Source of the DNA: Sporopachydermia quercuum
Lineage: Eukaryota
Length of the DNA stretch: 64,000 bases
Direction: 5' to 3'
NCBI GenBank assembly: GCA_001599295.1
Contig: BCGN01000004.1
Span: forward strand, 1,799,676 to 1,863,675
The position numbers were made by a program, and so were the translations under genes. The notes below the pieces were generated by a model that was given only the letters and a program-made list of their open reading frames with translations, was not told the DNA's origin and searched no databases. Each line of letters opens with the position of its first letter. The stretch's first letter is position 1. Shown here one piece after another: positions 10,262 to 21,746 of this stretch.

Positions 10262-13096
10262 ATGTTTTCCAAACTTTCAAGTACCAGTTCTAACCAATCT
10301 TCATCCACTCAAATACTCACTACCAAATATGATATATACAAAGGACTGAACGCAGAACAACTGCAAGCAGTTCAAGCCCCGATCAACTGCCAGTTGAGAA
10401 TTCTTGCTGGTCCGGGAACTGGGAAAACTGGCGTTCTCACTGTACGAGCTGCCCATCTTCTATCTAAGGGAGTCGATCCGAAAAACATGATCATCACCAC
10501 TTTCACCAAGAAAGCTGCCAGAGAAATCTCCAGCAGAATTGCAGCAATGGTTGATAATCCAAGCATTGTAAATGATCTGAAAGTTGGTACTTTCCATTCT
10601 CTCTGTTACGATCTGCTGCTTCGAAACAGGCATTTAACTGGTATGAGCAACATGGTGATTCTATCAAGTGATAATAAGCCATACATCAAAGAAATGCTCA
10701 AAGGTTTAGACCAAACTTTCTATAACAATGCCCCAGCTAAATATGGCGAAAAGCCTTACAGAAACCCATCAACTATTAATTCCTCCTCTGTCATAAACAA
10801 CTATAAAGTGTCAGCAATAGCGAAAGAGATCAGTGAGATCAAAAGCCTAGGCCATTCACTTGATTCATATGCATCCAGTCCTAATCATGATGAAGAATTA
10901 CTACATTTATACAAATCATACCAAGAAGTTCTACTGAGATACAATTATGTTGATTTTGACGATATTTTAATCAAATGTCACGAGCTTTTAAAAGAGCACC
11001 ATGAGTTGGTATCAAACATTGAAACGGTACTGGTAGACGAGTTCCAGGACACTAGCAAACTACAAATGAGCTTGGTATTCCAGTGGGCTGCTCATTCAAA
11101 CTCCATTTCAATAGTTGGTGATCCCAATCAGACGATTTATACTTGGAGAAATGCTGAAGTCGAGAATTTCGATACTTTTAAGCGGCATTATATCAATAGG
11201 TCCTTCCAGAACGTTGTTTTGAAGATCAATTACAGATCAACAACGGAAATTGTAACAATTTCCAATCTTTTGATCAAAAATAGCAATTCAAATTCAAGTT
11301 CAAATTCAGCTTCTAATTCCTCCAGTCTAAAAGCTATTAGATCTTCTAATTATAAACCTGTTTTGAGAAGCTTCCAGACGAAAACTGAGGAAGCTGATTG
11401 GATAGCAAATGAGATCAAATATCTAATATTGACTTTTCCTGAGAGATATTCTTTAAGCAAAATTGCTATCCTATTAAGATCATCTAAACCCAATCCTGAT
11501 ATTACTGGTGCTTTGGATAAACTACGATTACCATATAATGTGATAAAAGGGAAAAGGTTCTGGGATTTAAAGCAAATATGTCTGATAATCAATGTTTTAA
11601 AGGTCGTTAGATCGTCGTGGGATAAATCTGCATTGATAGAAGTCCTGTGCTATCTTGTATATAATAAAAGTGATGATAAACATAAAGCAAAAATGGCGGA
11701 GATGTTTGATAATGTAAGAGTAAGAATAGACAGTGAATTCATATATATATCACCATTAGAAGCTTTAGAACTTTCAATTGATAAAACCTCTAAGGATCTT
11801 AAGGATATTGGCAACAGAATCAGCCAAACAAAGCAGATATCAAACATCAGGAAAACAGTGAATAGCAAGAGAATGTTGCTAGATTCGTTGTTATCAACTG
11901 TTTATTCTGTTAGGGAGGCTCTTCAACAGGACGACGATAATATCAGTTTATTAGTAAATGTTATTAGAGAGATTGCTGAAGTGTTAAATATTGGAAACGA
12001 ACATGAAGAGGAAACCGAGCGAGAAATAGTTGAAGATTTCAACGATAGGAATAGCAAAGATACATGTACTAATGTTGATATTTTATTACAGCAAGTGCCA
12101 ATTCTATGCAATGAATCGATGAATAACAGCAACAGCAACAGCAACATCAATTCGAATTCAGATAATATAAACAGTTTACATCATTTGCTGTTGGCCATTG
12201 ACTTATTAAACAGTTTTGAACCTGATAACAAGAGCTTACCTAACTTATCTACCCTACCTAACAAACAGAATAAGATAGCAATATCTACAATTCATTCAGC
12301 GAAAGGTTTGGAATGGGATGTTGTGTTTATTCCTAAACTATGCCAGGAAGGATTTTCTTTCTCGCAATTGAATTCAGTTTCCAATTTGCAGGAAGAACGA
12401 AGAGTTTTATACGTTGCTTTCACTAGAGCCAAGCAGATTCTCAATATGACATACTGCGGCAATGGAAATGTTCGGGAAAGCTATAATGGTGATGGTAGTG
12501 ATAGTAGCTTTAACGATGGTAGCATGAGCTATAACTCTGGATACGATGATAGTAACCATGCTGGGGAGGATGATTCTGGTAGCTATGGAAAATGTAGATT
12601 GAATCCTCTGATTCCTTCTTCAATAGTAGAATACTGTTCAACTGATCCTGGATATAGACTGGAAAATAAGCAGAATAGCAAGAATAAGATTAGCAGTAAT
12701 TGCAATATTAGCAACAGCAGCAGATTAGATAATATAATTCAAGGGAAATTACTGGTTAACTCGTTTGGAGGATTTCGGTCTGCAAGTGAAGTGTTGAAAA
12801 AGAAGGATAGACAGAAAATCAGCAATGATAATGCTAGTAGTAATAATAACAGGAATAGGAGGAACAATAGAAATAGCCCAATTACCATCAACACTATCAA
12901 AAATACTCTTTTCAAAATACCTTCAAATCCTTTGAAACCGATTGATAGTGAGAAGAAAAACAGTGCTGACAATAGCAATAAAGTACCCGTGACAACGAAC
13001 CAGAGGATTCAGAAACCAAATGGTTCAAAGCAACGGCGACAACAGCAACTGAAAACTGGTTTAATTGACAAGTTTTTCAAGCAAACAGCCAAATAA
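10262..13096 (+). CDS. SRS2: UvrD/Rep superfamily-1 DNA helicase, Srs2-like
   Basis: Motifs ILAGPGTGKT, VDEFQDT, VGDPNQTIYTWR, INYRST, STIHSAKGLEW, EERRVLYVAFTRAK; low-complexity C-tail. Confidence 0.8.
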   Translation: MFSKLSSTSSNQSSSTQILTTKYDIYKGLNAEQLQAVQAPINCQLRILAGPGTGKTGVLTVRAAHLLSKGVDPKNMIITTFTKKAAREISSRIAAMVDNPSIVNDLKVGTFHSLCYDLLLRNRHLTGMSNMVILSSDNKPYIKEMLKGLDQTFYNNAPAKYGEKPYRNPSTINSSSVINNYKVSAIAKEISEIKSLGHSLDSYASSPNHDEELLHLYKSYQEVLLRYNYVDFDDILIKCHELLKEHHELVSNIETVLVDEFQDTSKLQMSLVFQWAAHSNSISIVGDPNQTIYTWRNAEVENFDTFKRHYINRSFQNVVLKINYRSTTEIVTISNLLIKNSNSNSSSNSASNSSSLKAIRSSNYKPVLRSFQTKTEEADWIANEIKYLILTFPERYSLSKIAILLRSSKPNPDITGALDKLRLPYNVIKGKRFWDLKQICLIINVLKVVRSSWDKSALIEVLCYLVYNKSDDKHKAKMAEMFDNVRVRIDSEFIYISPLEALELSIDKTSKDLKDIGNRISQTKQISNIRKTVNSKRMLLDSLLSTVYSVREALQQDDDNISLLVNVIREIAEVLNIGNEHEEETEREIVEDFNDRNSKDTCTNVDILLQQVPILCNESMNNSNSNSNINSNSDNINSLHHLLLAIDLLNSFEPDNKSLPNLSTLPNKQNKIAISTIHSAKGLEWDVVFIPKLCQEGFSFSQLNSVSNLQEERRVLYVAFTRAKQILNMTYCGNGNVRESYNGDGSDSSFNDGSMSYNSGYDDSNHAGEDDSGSYGKCRLNPLIPSSIVEYCSTDPGYRLENKQNSKNKISSNCNISNSSRLDNIIQGKLLVNSFGGFRSASEVLKKKDRQKISNDNASSNNNRNRRNNRNSPITINTIKNTLFKIPSNPLKPIDSEKKNSADNSNKVPVTTNQRIQKPNGSKQRRQQQLKTGLIDKFFKQTAK

Positions 13097-13281
13097 ATAA
13101 ACTATTAATTCAGTGGGTAATTGAATATACCATCTGGTTATATGGAAATAAGAAACGTAATGCTTTCAAAAATCCATGAAAACATTCTTCTTTACACTCA
13201 TTTATGATGCCCTACTTCATGTCAGTCATTTAGGTGAATTGCATATTAAAGCACCTTTCTTTCATAGCAAGCGGAAGTGGG

Positions 13282-13329
13282 ACCGGAACAGGAACCGGAA
13301 CAGGAACCGGAACAGGAACCGGAACAGGA
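13282..13329. repeat. 12-bp minisatellite (ACCGGAACAGGA)x4
   Basis: Four perfect tandem copies read directly. Confidence 0.95.
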
Positions 13330-14669
13330 TCGTGTCAGATGCTATTTTCTGAATGAGTGTTCTTCTTATTTCCCTTTCTGGAGCACCGCCGAGCCTACTG
13401 AGTCTCTTGGGGCTGGTTTTCCCGCCCAAATTCCAATTCCAATTATCAAACTAAGTCAAGTGGCTACAGTACTCTGTTCTTCTATTTCTCTAACGGTATA
13501 ACTATAACTATCATCATCCTGCAGGTTTGCTCTTTGCTGTAGTCAAATATTCAATATTTTGTAATAGGTAGTTGATTAATCACATCTACAGGGTATCAAC
13601 TACCTCGACTGCATTATTTGCACTATTGCNGTTCTAGTGGTTATATGAACTTAACGGAGTTATGCTATGTTATTATTTGGCTCGCCAAACCTATTTTGTA
13701 TAAGAAAAGCACTGCAATACTTACTTTCAACTTTCTGCTGCTGCTTTCTGTTGGAAGTTCTTTGCTTGCTTACTTACGTATTTTTATTAGCATCAGCTCA
13801 GTCTCCGAATGCAATAATACAACAAAGGTGCTGCATTATCAATACTTTTAGTTCTATTTATTCGCTTTATTGACAGGACTATGAACTAATATCATCAGTG
13901 GGTAAGGCTCAATAGTAAAACTAATACTGTTACTAGCCGATTCTAATACCTCTGTTAAAAACGGCGCTGACTGACTTAACAGACCTATGAAAGACATTGT
14001 TGCTGTCATTCCTAAATCCTCGAAGTTAAGATAGCTAAGAGTGAGCATTAACTGCAGCCTCATCCAACATTATTGACCATTCTTTTCCATCCTTTTTCGT
14101 CCATTTCTACTTTTCAGCTTCCATTTGAATGTAATTGCCAATAAACCATAGAAGCGTACTAATGCTAACAGCTAGCAAATCCAGCATGTTTAGACATTTC
14201 AACCAATGCCAATAACTCCTGTAACTCCTATAATAGTAGTATGTAAATCAATTATTAGATATTGGACCACAATAACTTATAACTAATCTATCCAGAGACA
14301 GTGATAATACTTTATCTCTTCTATAACACATCACGTCTTCTGGGGAAACCACTCGGGAACTATCAAGCCATAGATGCAATCCGGTAGGACAATAAGCTTA
14401 TGTAAGAACTGAAAGCACCAATTCGTTTCATATGGTTTCATTTAAGTTGTTTGATCATTTGGCTGAATGCAGAAAATTTCTGTTGTCGAACTAATGACAA
14501 TTTAACTGCTGAATTCATGTTATTGACGACAGAAGGGTCACACGAGCAATAGCTTGAATGCGATATATCGGAAATGATAACCCACGTTTGGAAACTATAT
14601 ACTATATTCCGAAAGATAATATCATTCATATTGGAGAACATAGGTCCTATTCCGGAGAAAATGGGTTTT

Positions 14670-17447
14670 CTAGCCTCCTTCCTCTAAAACCTGATTCCGC
14701 ATCTTCTCTATCTCTTCCGCTTTGATCACTCCTTCGTACTGTTGACAAAGCTTTAAAACGGAATCAATACTAAAACCTGTCTTCATTAAATCCTTCATTT
14801 GCAAATAAACATCTCCGCTATTTTCTCGGCTCATCAATTCCTTCTCAAAATGTTTAAACAATGCCAACGAAAGCCGAAACATGGTAGCTTCGCCTTCCGG
14901 AAGACACAATAAAACATCCCATACTCGGAACAATGCATCCGCCGGTAATGCGTCAGTGAAACATGAAAGAAACCAATTGAACGTGATTGCTTCAATATCT
15001 ACGCCTCCAATAGCAGTAAAATGCGCATACAGTTTGCTCAAATGCTGTTCGAAAAGCCGGATTAATACTGTTTGATCGGCTCTACTCGTTGCTAAAGGTG
15101 GGGAAAAGAATCCGGGGGGAAGAATATTATCTACTAGGGCTACCAAAGCCCAGAATGCGTCTTCTTCAGTGACAAAAGTTAGCAGAAACATGGCGGCAAT
15201 TATGTTCATGCCTTGGCAGTATCCGACCTCGGGATTATAACGGGCAAAAGCTGTTAGAACGTTCCGAAGTTTAGATATACCGGCTCCGGATGAACCGAAG
15301 AACACATTGTACGGCATAGTTCGATATAAATCGAGCATTATTTGACTCTCGGCCGTTTCATTCGAGGGTTTAAGTTTGATTGATTCGTATAAAGACGGAA
15401 CTTTTAGGGATAAAGCTCCGGAACATTCGGCCCAGACTTTGGGCCGATAATCCATGGGGATTCCGTTGTAAATTAAGCTTCGGAATTCTCGGTATCGGCT
15501 TTTGCCTTTGGTGGTATGAATGCGGGATCCGAAAATGCCGAACTGCTGTCCTATTTCCAGTATATCGTTGCTGTTGTGCCGTTCTCGGATGGACTCTCGA
15601 CTCGAGTGGGAATTCGAATCCTTTTTCGGATCTCTTTCGGAAGATCCTGGTCTAGCTTTCGCCATTCCAATGCTCTTGCTGAGATCTAAGCCACTGGCTG
15701 TTCCAGTGATGGTATTTTTAACCATTTCTACTACCGAGGGGGTACTTACCTTTTTCAGAAGGTCTTCCCATTTCGCCTTGCGTTCCTTTTCTAGAGTATC
15801 GTGGCTTTCTGCTAGATAGGTTATGAGACGCTGTACGTAGTCAGGTGATTCGTGAGATTGTGGCTCAGCCTCTGGAGTAGATTCAGGCGGGGATACGGTT
15901 GAGGCTGAGGCTGGAACCGTGGCTGTAGCTGTGGCTGGGGATACCTGTTGTTGAGGCTTAGCACTAATAAACTCAACAGGAGAAGATACCGGGGAAGAAG
16001 TTTCCGATTCGGCGGAAAGATTTCCGACAGCTATGGCTTTCGATAGCGACACTACCGAGAGAGAAGGTCTAGGACGTGACCCTCCCATTGTGGTAACGTT
16101 GGAAGCCGATGGTGTGGCTTCGATGCCGAATACTTCGCTGCTGTAGGTGATATTGGACAGTGACTGATCGCCAGCATCCGGAGTGGGGTTATTCTCAGAA
16201 ATCACGTGATTTGGAATTGCTTCCGACATTGTGTGGCTTCGAAGTCGNCCTGAGCCACCGGATTTTCCTGTTTCAGACTTCCCAAACCGAGAGCGACCAT
16301 AAATAAACCCGTATCGATCGGTGAGCACCGAATCGTTACCCTTTTTGGCCTGGACAGCCGCAAACGTCGGCGGCTGATCGTCTTCAGGCACTATTGAGTC
16401 TAGTTCAACCGTAGCTTTGTCGGGTCTTGGCAGGGTGTTGATTACATGCTCCCGGATTGTCTGGGGAATCCATTCCGAAGCATGGAAAGCTTGCGAAATA
16501 GTCCGAGTTCTCGGGTGAGTGGCAGTGGCAGCAGATGGGTTGAATTCGGAACCTATTTCTGATTCGGCTTCAGTTACTGACCCAGAACCGGAAGTTGAGC
16601 TGAGATCTTCCTCCTCACATTCGGATTGTTCGGGAACATCTACTAATTGAGAAGCAGATTGAGTGGCTGAGTTAGTTGGCGAATAACTAAATAGGAAATC
16701 TTTCCAGGACTGCTTTTTCAGGGTTGAAGGCAAATTATTGTGGTTATTGTGGCTTGCCTTAATAGTGTGTTCTTCCTGGATAGAGTAAATAGATGGCTCG
16801 TATAGGGAATCTGTGGCTTGGGCTACACCACTGTTCGGAATATTACCATTTGTAGGCAAATGATCTGTAGAAGATAGGGCTGATACTGAAACCACAGAAT
16901 CCTCAGGGCTCAGCTTCTTTGGCAATCCATAAACAGTATCATCTGTGGCGTCAGCCACCAAACTACTGACTAGTGTTGCTGCGTCCGTTTCCGGCGAAGC
17001 CAAATCGGCCCGAGCAAGTCTCTTTTCTATATCCGAGTATGCCACATTACACTGAACGAGCATCCTCTTTAACTCTCGTTCCCTTTCTTCGTAGTTATGG
17101 CGTAGCAGTAGTGTCTCAGCCTCCCGATTAGCCAAATCCAGCGATAGCTGCTTAACCAGCTTTACCGCTCCGTATTTATCTATTATTTTCTGTACAGATG
17201 CGTCGGAAGTCAAATGCAGACTGCCCGGAACCGAAGACCCGTTTATGGGAATATCACTGAATAANGATTTCCTATTGTGGATGTTAATCATACTGTTTTG
17301 GGTATGGTTGCTTGAAATGGAAGAGCTTGAACCCAGTCTCGAAATAGTATGACTGTGACGCTGCCTGGGGTGTAATGACGTAATATGTTCGCTGCTGTTT
17401 GAGCCATGGTTGCCGTTAGTTAGCTGTGGCAGAGATTCGCTTGACAT
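14670..17447 (-). CDS. TBC-domain Rab GTPase-activating protein
   Basis: GIPMDYRPKVW, QIMLDLYRTMP (Arg finger), GYCQGMN (Gln finger), EEDAFW, WFLSCF, RVWDVLL; N-terminal coiled coil. Confidence 0.92.
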   Translation of the reverse strand: MSSESLPQLTNGNHGSNSSEHITSLHPRQRHSHTISRLGSSSSISSNHTQNSMINIHNRKXLFSDIPINGSSVPGSLHLTSDASVQKIIDKYGAVKLVKQLSLDLANREAETLLLRHNYEERERELKRMLVQCNVAYSDIEKRLARADLASPETDAATLVSSLVADATDDTVYGLPKKLSPEDSVVSVSALSSTDHLPTNGNIPNSGVAQATDSLYEPSIYSIQEEHTIKASHNNHNNLPSTLKKQSWKDFLFSYSPTNSATQSASQLVDVPEQSECEEEDLSSTSGSGSVTEAESEIGSEFNPSAATATHPRTRTISQAFHASEWIPQTIREHVINTLPRPDKATVELDSIVPEDDQPPTFAAVQAKKGNDSVLTDRYGFIYGRSRFGKSETGKSGGSXRLRSHTMSEAIPNHVISENNPTPDAGDQSLSNITYSSEVFGIEATPSASNVTTMGGSRPRPSLSVVSLSKAIAVGNLSAESETSSPVSSPVEFISAKPQQQVSPATATATVPASASTVSPPESTPEAEPQSHESPDYVQRLITYLAESHDTLEKERKAKWEDLLKKVSTPSVVEMVKNTITGTASGLDLSKSIGMAKARPGSSERDPKKDSNSHSSRESIRERHNSNDILEIGQQFGIFGSRIHTTKGKSRYREFRSLIYNGIPMDYRPKVWAECSGALSLKVPSLYESIKLKPSNETAESQIMLDLYRTMPYNVFFGSSGAGISKLRNVLTAFARYNPEVGYCQGMNIIAAMFLLTFVTEEDAFWALVALVDNILPPGFFSPPLATSRADQTVLIRLFEQHLSKLYAHFTAIGGVDIEAITFNWFLSCFTDALPADALFRVWDVLLCLPEGEATMFRLSLALFKHFEKELMSRENSGDVYLQMKDLMKTGFSIDSVLKLCQQYEGVIKAEEIEKMRNQVLEEGG

Positions 17448-18544
17448 TATGCCTCAATTGTTGATCAAAAGTACTCAAATCGGCAATCCTCCAGTAGCAA
17501 TGTCCAATTTGGTTTAGATTGTTACCAATTGAGCCAGATTTCACTCTTTCCACTCTGTGGCTTAATTCTGAACAATGCTCACTCTATCCGAAACAAGCTT
17601 GCGGCGTGGATTCCTCTTTAGATACTTTTTGATGCCTTTAGCCCTTCCTGAATCACCTAAGCCTCTATTTCCGTTTCTAGTGATATCAACTCCTACAAGA
17701 GTAACTTCTGTCTTCTGATCAGTGGCTCATCAAAAGGAACACGACAAAATGACAAAGCGCGAGGCAGAGAAAAACTTCCCAACAACTTGTTTTCAANGTT
17801 TTCATATAAAAAGCCTTCCACTCGTGAGTTATAACAAAATAGCGAACAAAAGCGCTCCAGAACCTTTGCTCAACCCATTAAATTCTGTTCTAGACTGAAT
17901 CACACTTTCTGTACTAACTGATAGAAGCTCGACTCATTTGGCAACAGGAATCAAACGTCAAACATCAAAACAGCGTCAAATTTCACACTTTTCACGCTCT
18001 GCTTTCATTTACCAAATAAGTGTTGATTTATGCTTTGATTCTGTTATTTCTGTTTGAAAAAGCATAGAAAAGGGAAAATAAAATAGAGATGAGATGGAGA
18101 TAAGAATCCGGAGAGAGTTGAGTTGGTGGCAGGTGGTAGGTAAGAGACGGCATGAGATGTGATGTTCGAAAAGGGGGTATACAGAAGAGTGAGGAATAAT
18201 TATTTATGATTACGTGATATGATGGCTAAGGAGATAGAGGGAGATGATAAGACAGGAAATCAAGAGGAGAATGGAAATTGCTTGGTTTGGTTTGAATTCT
18301 AGTGTGATTCTAGTGAAATTAACTACAGTTATATATCAATTTTAAGAAAAAATTGTCAAATTTAGTACTATTCAGTGATCAAAAACTAGTTAACCTATCT
18401 ACCACTTCTCTCTGTAATCTAAACCTTTCTGGCCTCATCAATCGCGTACTTCTAAGATCTAGGGAACCGCTAAATCGATTGTCTCTATACACATTTTCTG
18501 CTGTTTTTCTATCTATTCGCCTTTCTTTTCTTCCTTTCTCTCTA

Positions 18545-20524
18545 TTAAATCTTGACAGCGCAACAGGGTTTAGGATAATAAGAGTTCACTAAGACCGACT
18601 TATTGAAGTTGGGGTTACTTTGTGGAACATCTAAAGCCGGATTCTTAGTGAAAAACCCAACCGGAGTTATCTCAATCTTGTGCATCTCAACCGGCATTAC
18701 TGGAAATTCTTCCACCCGAGGAACATGGGTAAACCCTAATGTAACCCAGACAACTACATCGTCGTCCCGAACATCATCACCATTATATGCCCATTTGGAT
18801 AGGCCAGAATCTTCTTTTGATTGATTGGTGAACTCACCAGCTGCATATAGCTGATCATCGTGGTATTTAGTTACCCAGAATTGCTTGGTTGAATAGTGAG
18901 CACGCTTAGCATTGAATGAAGATACATCTGCCAATGCTCCTTGGCCAGCAGGAAGCTTGATTTTNTATCCAACAGGTTTCTTTGATACGGGATTTATTTT
19001 AGACTCATTTATAACCTTCACGCTTCTATTTTTTTCGAAACAATGGTCAATAAAGCCGGCTTTTTCAATATAGTTTCTTTCGGTAATATATCCCACACCA
19101 TATGGATTCAACACTGGGTCTTTCTTCATTGGCACTGCATCATCGTATACAACAGTATTCTTGTATCCGTCAACAGCAGGATCAAATCTGAAGGATAACA
19201 AATGTTGATGATAAGGTGCCAAAGCTCCCGGAGCAATCAAAGTCCCAAAAGGTACAACGGTATCAGCACGAATTGGAGTAGTTGATAGAATACCGGTAGC
19301 TCTAATTTGAGCTTCAATTCCTCCAGCTTGATCAAATACATATTCAACAATATATTCGTAGTTAGATACAGTCGCTATCATATTAACTACCAATTCTCTT
19401 CTCCTTGTTACATAAGCTTTCTCGTTTCTATAGTTAACATGTTTCATCAATAATCCGTTATCCTTTTCAAAAATTGCAACGGTCTGCTTCAATTGTACAG
19501 CGTTTCCTTTGGCTCCAGCTCTCAAGGAGTCAAGGAAATGAACAGTACCAATACAATCAGCACCTAAAGCCAAACTATTTGCACATACTCCAAAACCATC
19601 ACTACCAAGGTCAAATGCTTGCTTTCTATGGTAAGGACTTCTAGGATCACCATAAGGAACAGTCATTTCTGAAAGCGCCATACGATAGAAAACACTTCTG
19701 TTGTCAAAAGTGACATTATGAATAACTACACCTTCTCTCCAGTTAGTAGTCAAATGGAACTTCCATTTCTGCCATTCGATATAATTGCCATTGATAGTAA
19801 ATGATGGCCCTTCTGTCTGCTTGATATCCAATGGTTGAAGCTTGCGCTGAGTAAGATTTGGGATTAAATCTGCGTGATACTCGACAGCTTCTACAGGTGT
19901 CCAAGGAGCAGTTGGAACTCTTTCATCTCCAGGTCCCAATGGTAAGAACTCGATATCAACAAGCTCATGGGTGATTCCATTGAAGATAGGTGAAATAGAT
20001 AAAGGAATTGAGTAATAGTTAGCTTCCGGATGATCTGATGCCGCTAAATACATATAATGTTGAACTAATTGTCTTGTCTCTTCCGCAGAATCAGTTCCAT
20101 ATCCCCAAGGATCTGTCATCACTTGATATCCTTCGGGGATTTTCATCTTAGTTATTTCCGCTTTGACTTTAGGATGATTCAAGCATAAATCGGTCAAAAA
20201 TTTAGTATTATCTGGTTGAATTGGTCCCACGACCCCTGGAGCTAGAGCGACGTCAGATATAATATGGCCAGCACTAGAATTAACTAAGGCTTTATAGGTT
20301 AAAGATGAGCTACTAAATACATAGTATGCATAGACAATTCTGGGGATATGAATACTTGGTTTCCCAGTTTTTTCTTGCTCAAGATAAATGCGCATTTTCT
20401 CCTTTGGAGGTTCAGCTAGTTCAATAGCTTTGAAACTGACTGATTCATTGCTGTGGGCTTTGATGATTAAACTGGAAGCCAGTTCCAACTCTTGAACAGA
20501 GATGGGATCAAAAGGATGAGGCAT
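18545..20524 (-). CDS. copper-containing (TPQ) amine oxidase, 659 aa from ATG at 20524
   Basis: MPHPFDP N-terminus, catalytic base AFDLG, TPQ precursor TVSNYEY, Cu ligands HQH and FTHVPR. The ORF-track start is a TTG; the first ATG is 7 codons in. Confidence 0.95.
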   Translation of the reverse strand: MPHPFDPISVQELELASSLIIKAHSNESVSFKAIELAEPPKEKMRIYLEQEKTGKPSIHIPRIVYAYYVFSSSSLTYKALVNSSAGHIISDVALAPGVVGPIQPDNTKFLTDLCLNHPKVKAEITKMKIPEGYQVMTDPWGYGTDSAEETRQLVQHYMYLAASDHPEANYYSIPLSISPIFNGITHELVDIEFLPLGPGDERVPTAPWTPVEAVEYHADLIPNLTQRKLQPLDIKQTEGPSFTINGNYIEWQKWKFHLTTNWREGVVIHNVTFDNRSVFYRMALSEMTVPYGDPRSPYHRKQAFDLGSDGFGVCANSLALGADCIGTVHFLDSLRAGAKGNAVQLKQTVAIFEKDNGLLMKHVNYRNEKAYVTRRRELVVNMIATVSNYEYIVEYVFDQAGGIEAQIRATGILSTTPIRADTVVPFGTLIAPGALAPYHQHLLSFRFDPAVDGYKNTVVYDDAVPMKKDPVLNPYGVGYITERNYIEKAGFIDHCFEKNRSVKVINESKINPVSKKPVGXKIKLPAGQGALADVSSFNAKRAHYSTKQFWVTKYHDDQLYAAGEFTNQSKEDSGLSKWAYNGDDVRDDDVVVWVTLGFTHVPRVEEFPVMPVEMHKIEITPVGFFTKNPALDVPQSNPNFNKSVLVNSYYPKPCCAVKI

Positions 20525-21746
20525 TCCTGAATATAGTTGTGACAACAGAACTATTCAAAAAGAATTTCTTTGATGAAATATAGAACGATAAAAATATAAT
20601 GTTGCTATTTGGTAGGAAAGAGTTCAGTTTGCGTTAGTCCTGTGTATGTAGTAAATAATCCCTGAAGAAATCGGAAATGTGCGAGGAATAAGTAGTTGAT
20701 ACTGCGAACATTCTCTAAGGAAAAGCCTCAGGCCTTATATATTTACATTCTAAAGTATAAATTCATGTTTTCCATACAGCATCTTAAAAATAACGGTTCT
20801 TCTTACCTTTCACTGACTTGCCAATCCCCATTCAGATAGATCAATGAAAATGTATGTAGTATTATTACTCATAGTAGACCCTTGGATAAACTAATATTCA
20901 CTTATTGACGCTTATCTAAAACTCAATTTGTCAACATATAGTGAGCCCGAGGAGCCATTGACAGCGGCAATACCCTTTTAGGTGTTTNAAAGATCATTGA
21001 TAATAAAATAAGTTGTTGATTAGCAGGGCGATTGTTCCTGTCAAGGAAATAAGCTTNATATCAAAGTTCGGGCTATTTCCTCTTTTGGAATATCTTCGCT
21101 TACAGTTCTTGACTAGTTGAATTTCATGCGCAAATATGCATATTAATGCATAACAGATATTGTCTCAATAGGAAATTACTTTGTGTCTAACAAATAATGA
21201 ATTGAAAAAAAGTACATGTTAGGATGTAAAATAAAAAATTTGATGAGAATTGAAGCATAAACGAGGTGGGTAGTTAGTGAGTCTGATGAGATCTTAGGTG
21301 TTTCAGTGCCTGAATTTCAGGAAACCGAAAGGGAAATGATAACGATGATGATGTTTTTGAACGTCGGAAACGATAGATCAATATTGAAGAATAGCGGAGA
21401 TCAATATCATTTCCGTAATTCTCCACCAAAGTGACCATTTCAACCTGAGATTAAGATTAAAAGGATCAAGCCTTCAATCTAACAAACTACATTGCAAAGA
21501 TAACAAGTTGATTATTTCGACAGCATTTTTTCTATCGTTCATGTCCTCCGTTTTCTCTAAAGTCCGTTTTCTATGATTGTTCGGCTCCTCGTCCTCACAG
21601 TTAGCTTATCATAGTTCACTGTTGTCCTTCGTCATCTCCCTTCTACAAGATTACTTTTATGGAACAATTCCAATCTTCGCCTGAAGTAAACACAAATCAT
21701 ATTCACAGGTGACATTCTATATACAAGAAACCCAATCCCAGAAGCT

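Noticed and set aside
13277..13501. ORF with EQEP repeats, or a CRISPR-like array
   Set aside because: It starts at GTG and merely translates a spacer-less 12-bp minisatellite.
14670..17447. Horizontal transfer suggested by the CG-richer composition of the TBC gene
   Set aside because: TBC GAPs are ordinary eukaryotic genes, the TEA gene is similarly GC-richer, and there are no mobility signatures.
20605..20702. 5'-UTR intron of the amine oxidase (GACTAAC...TAG on the minus strand)
   Set aside because: No consensus donor downstream of the likely TATA box, and the branch-AG distance is atypically long.
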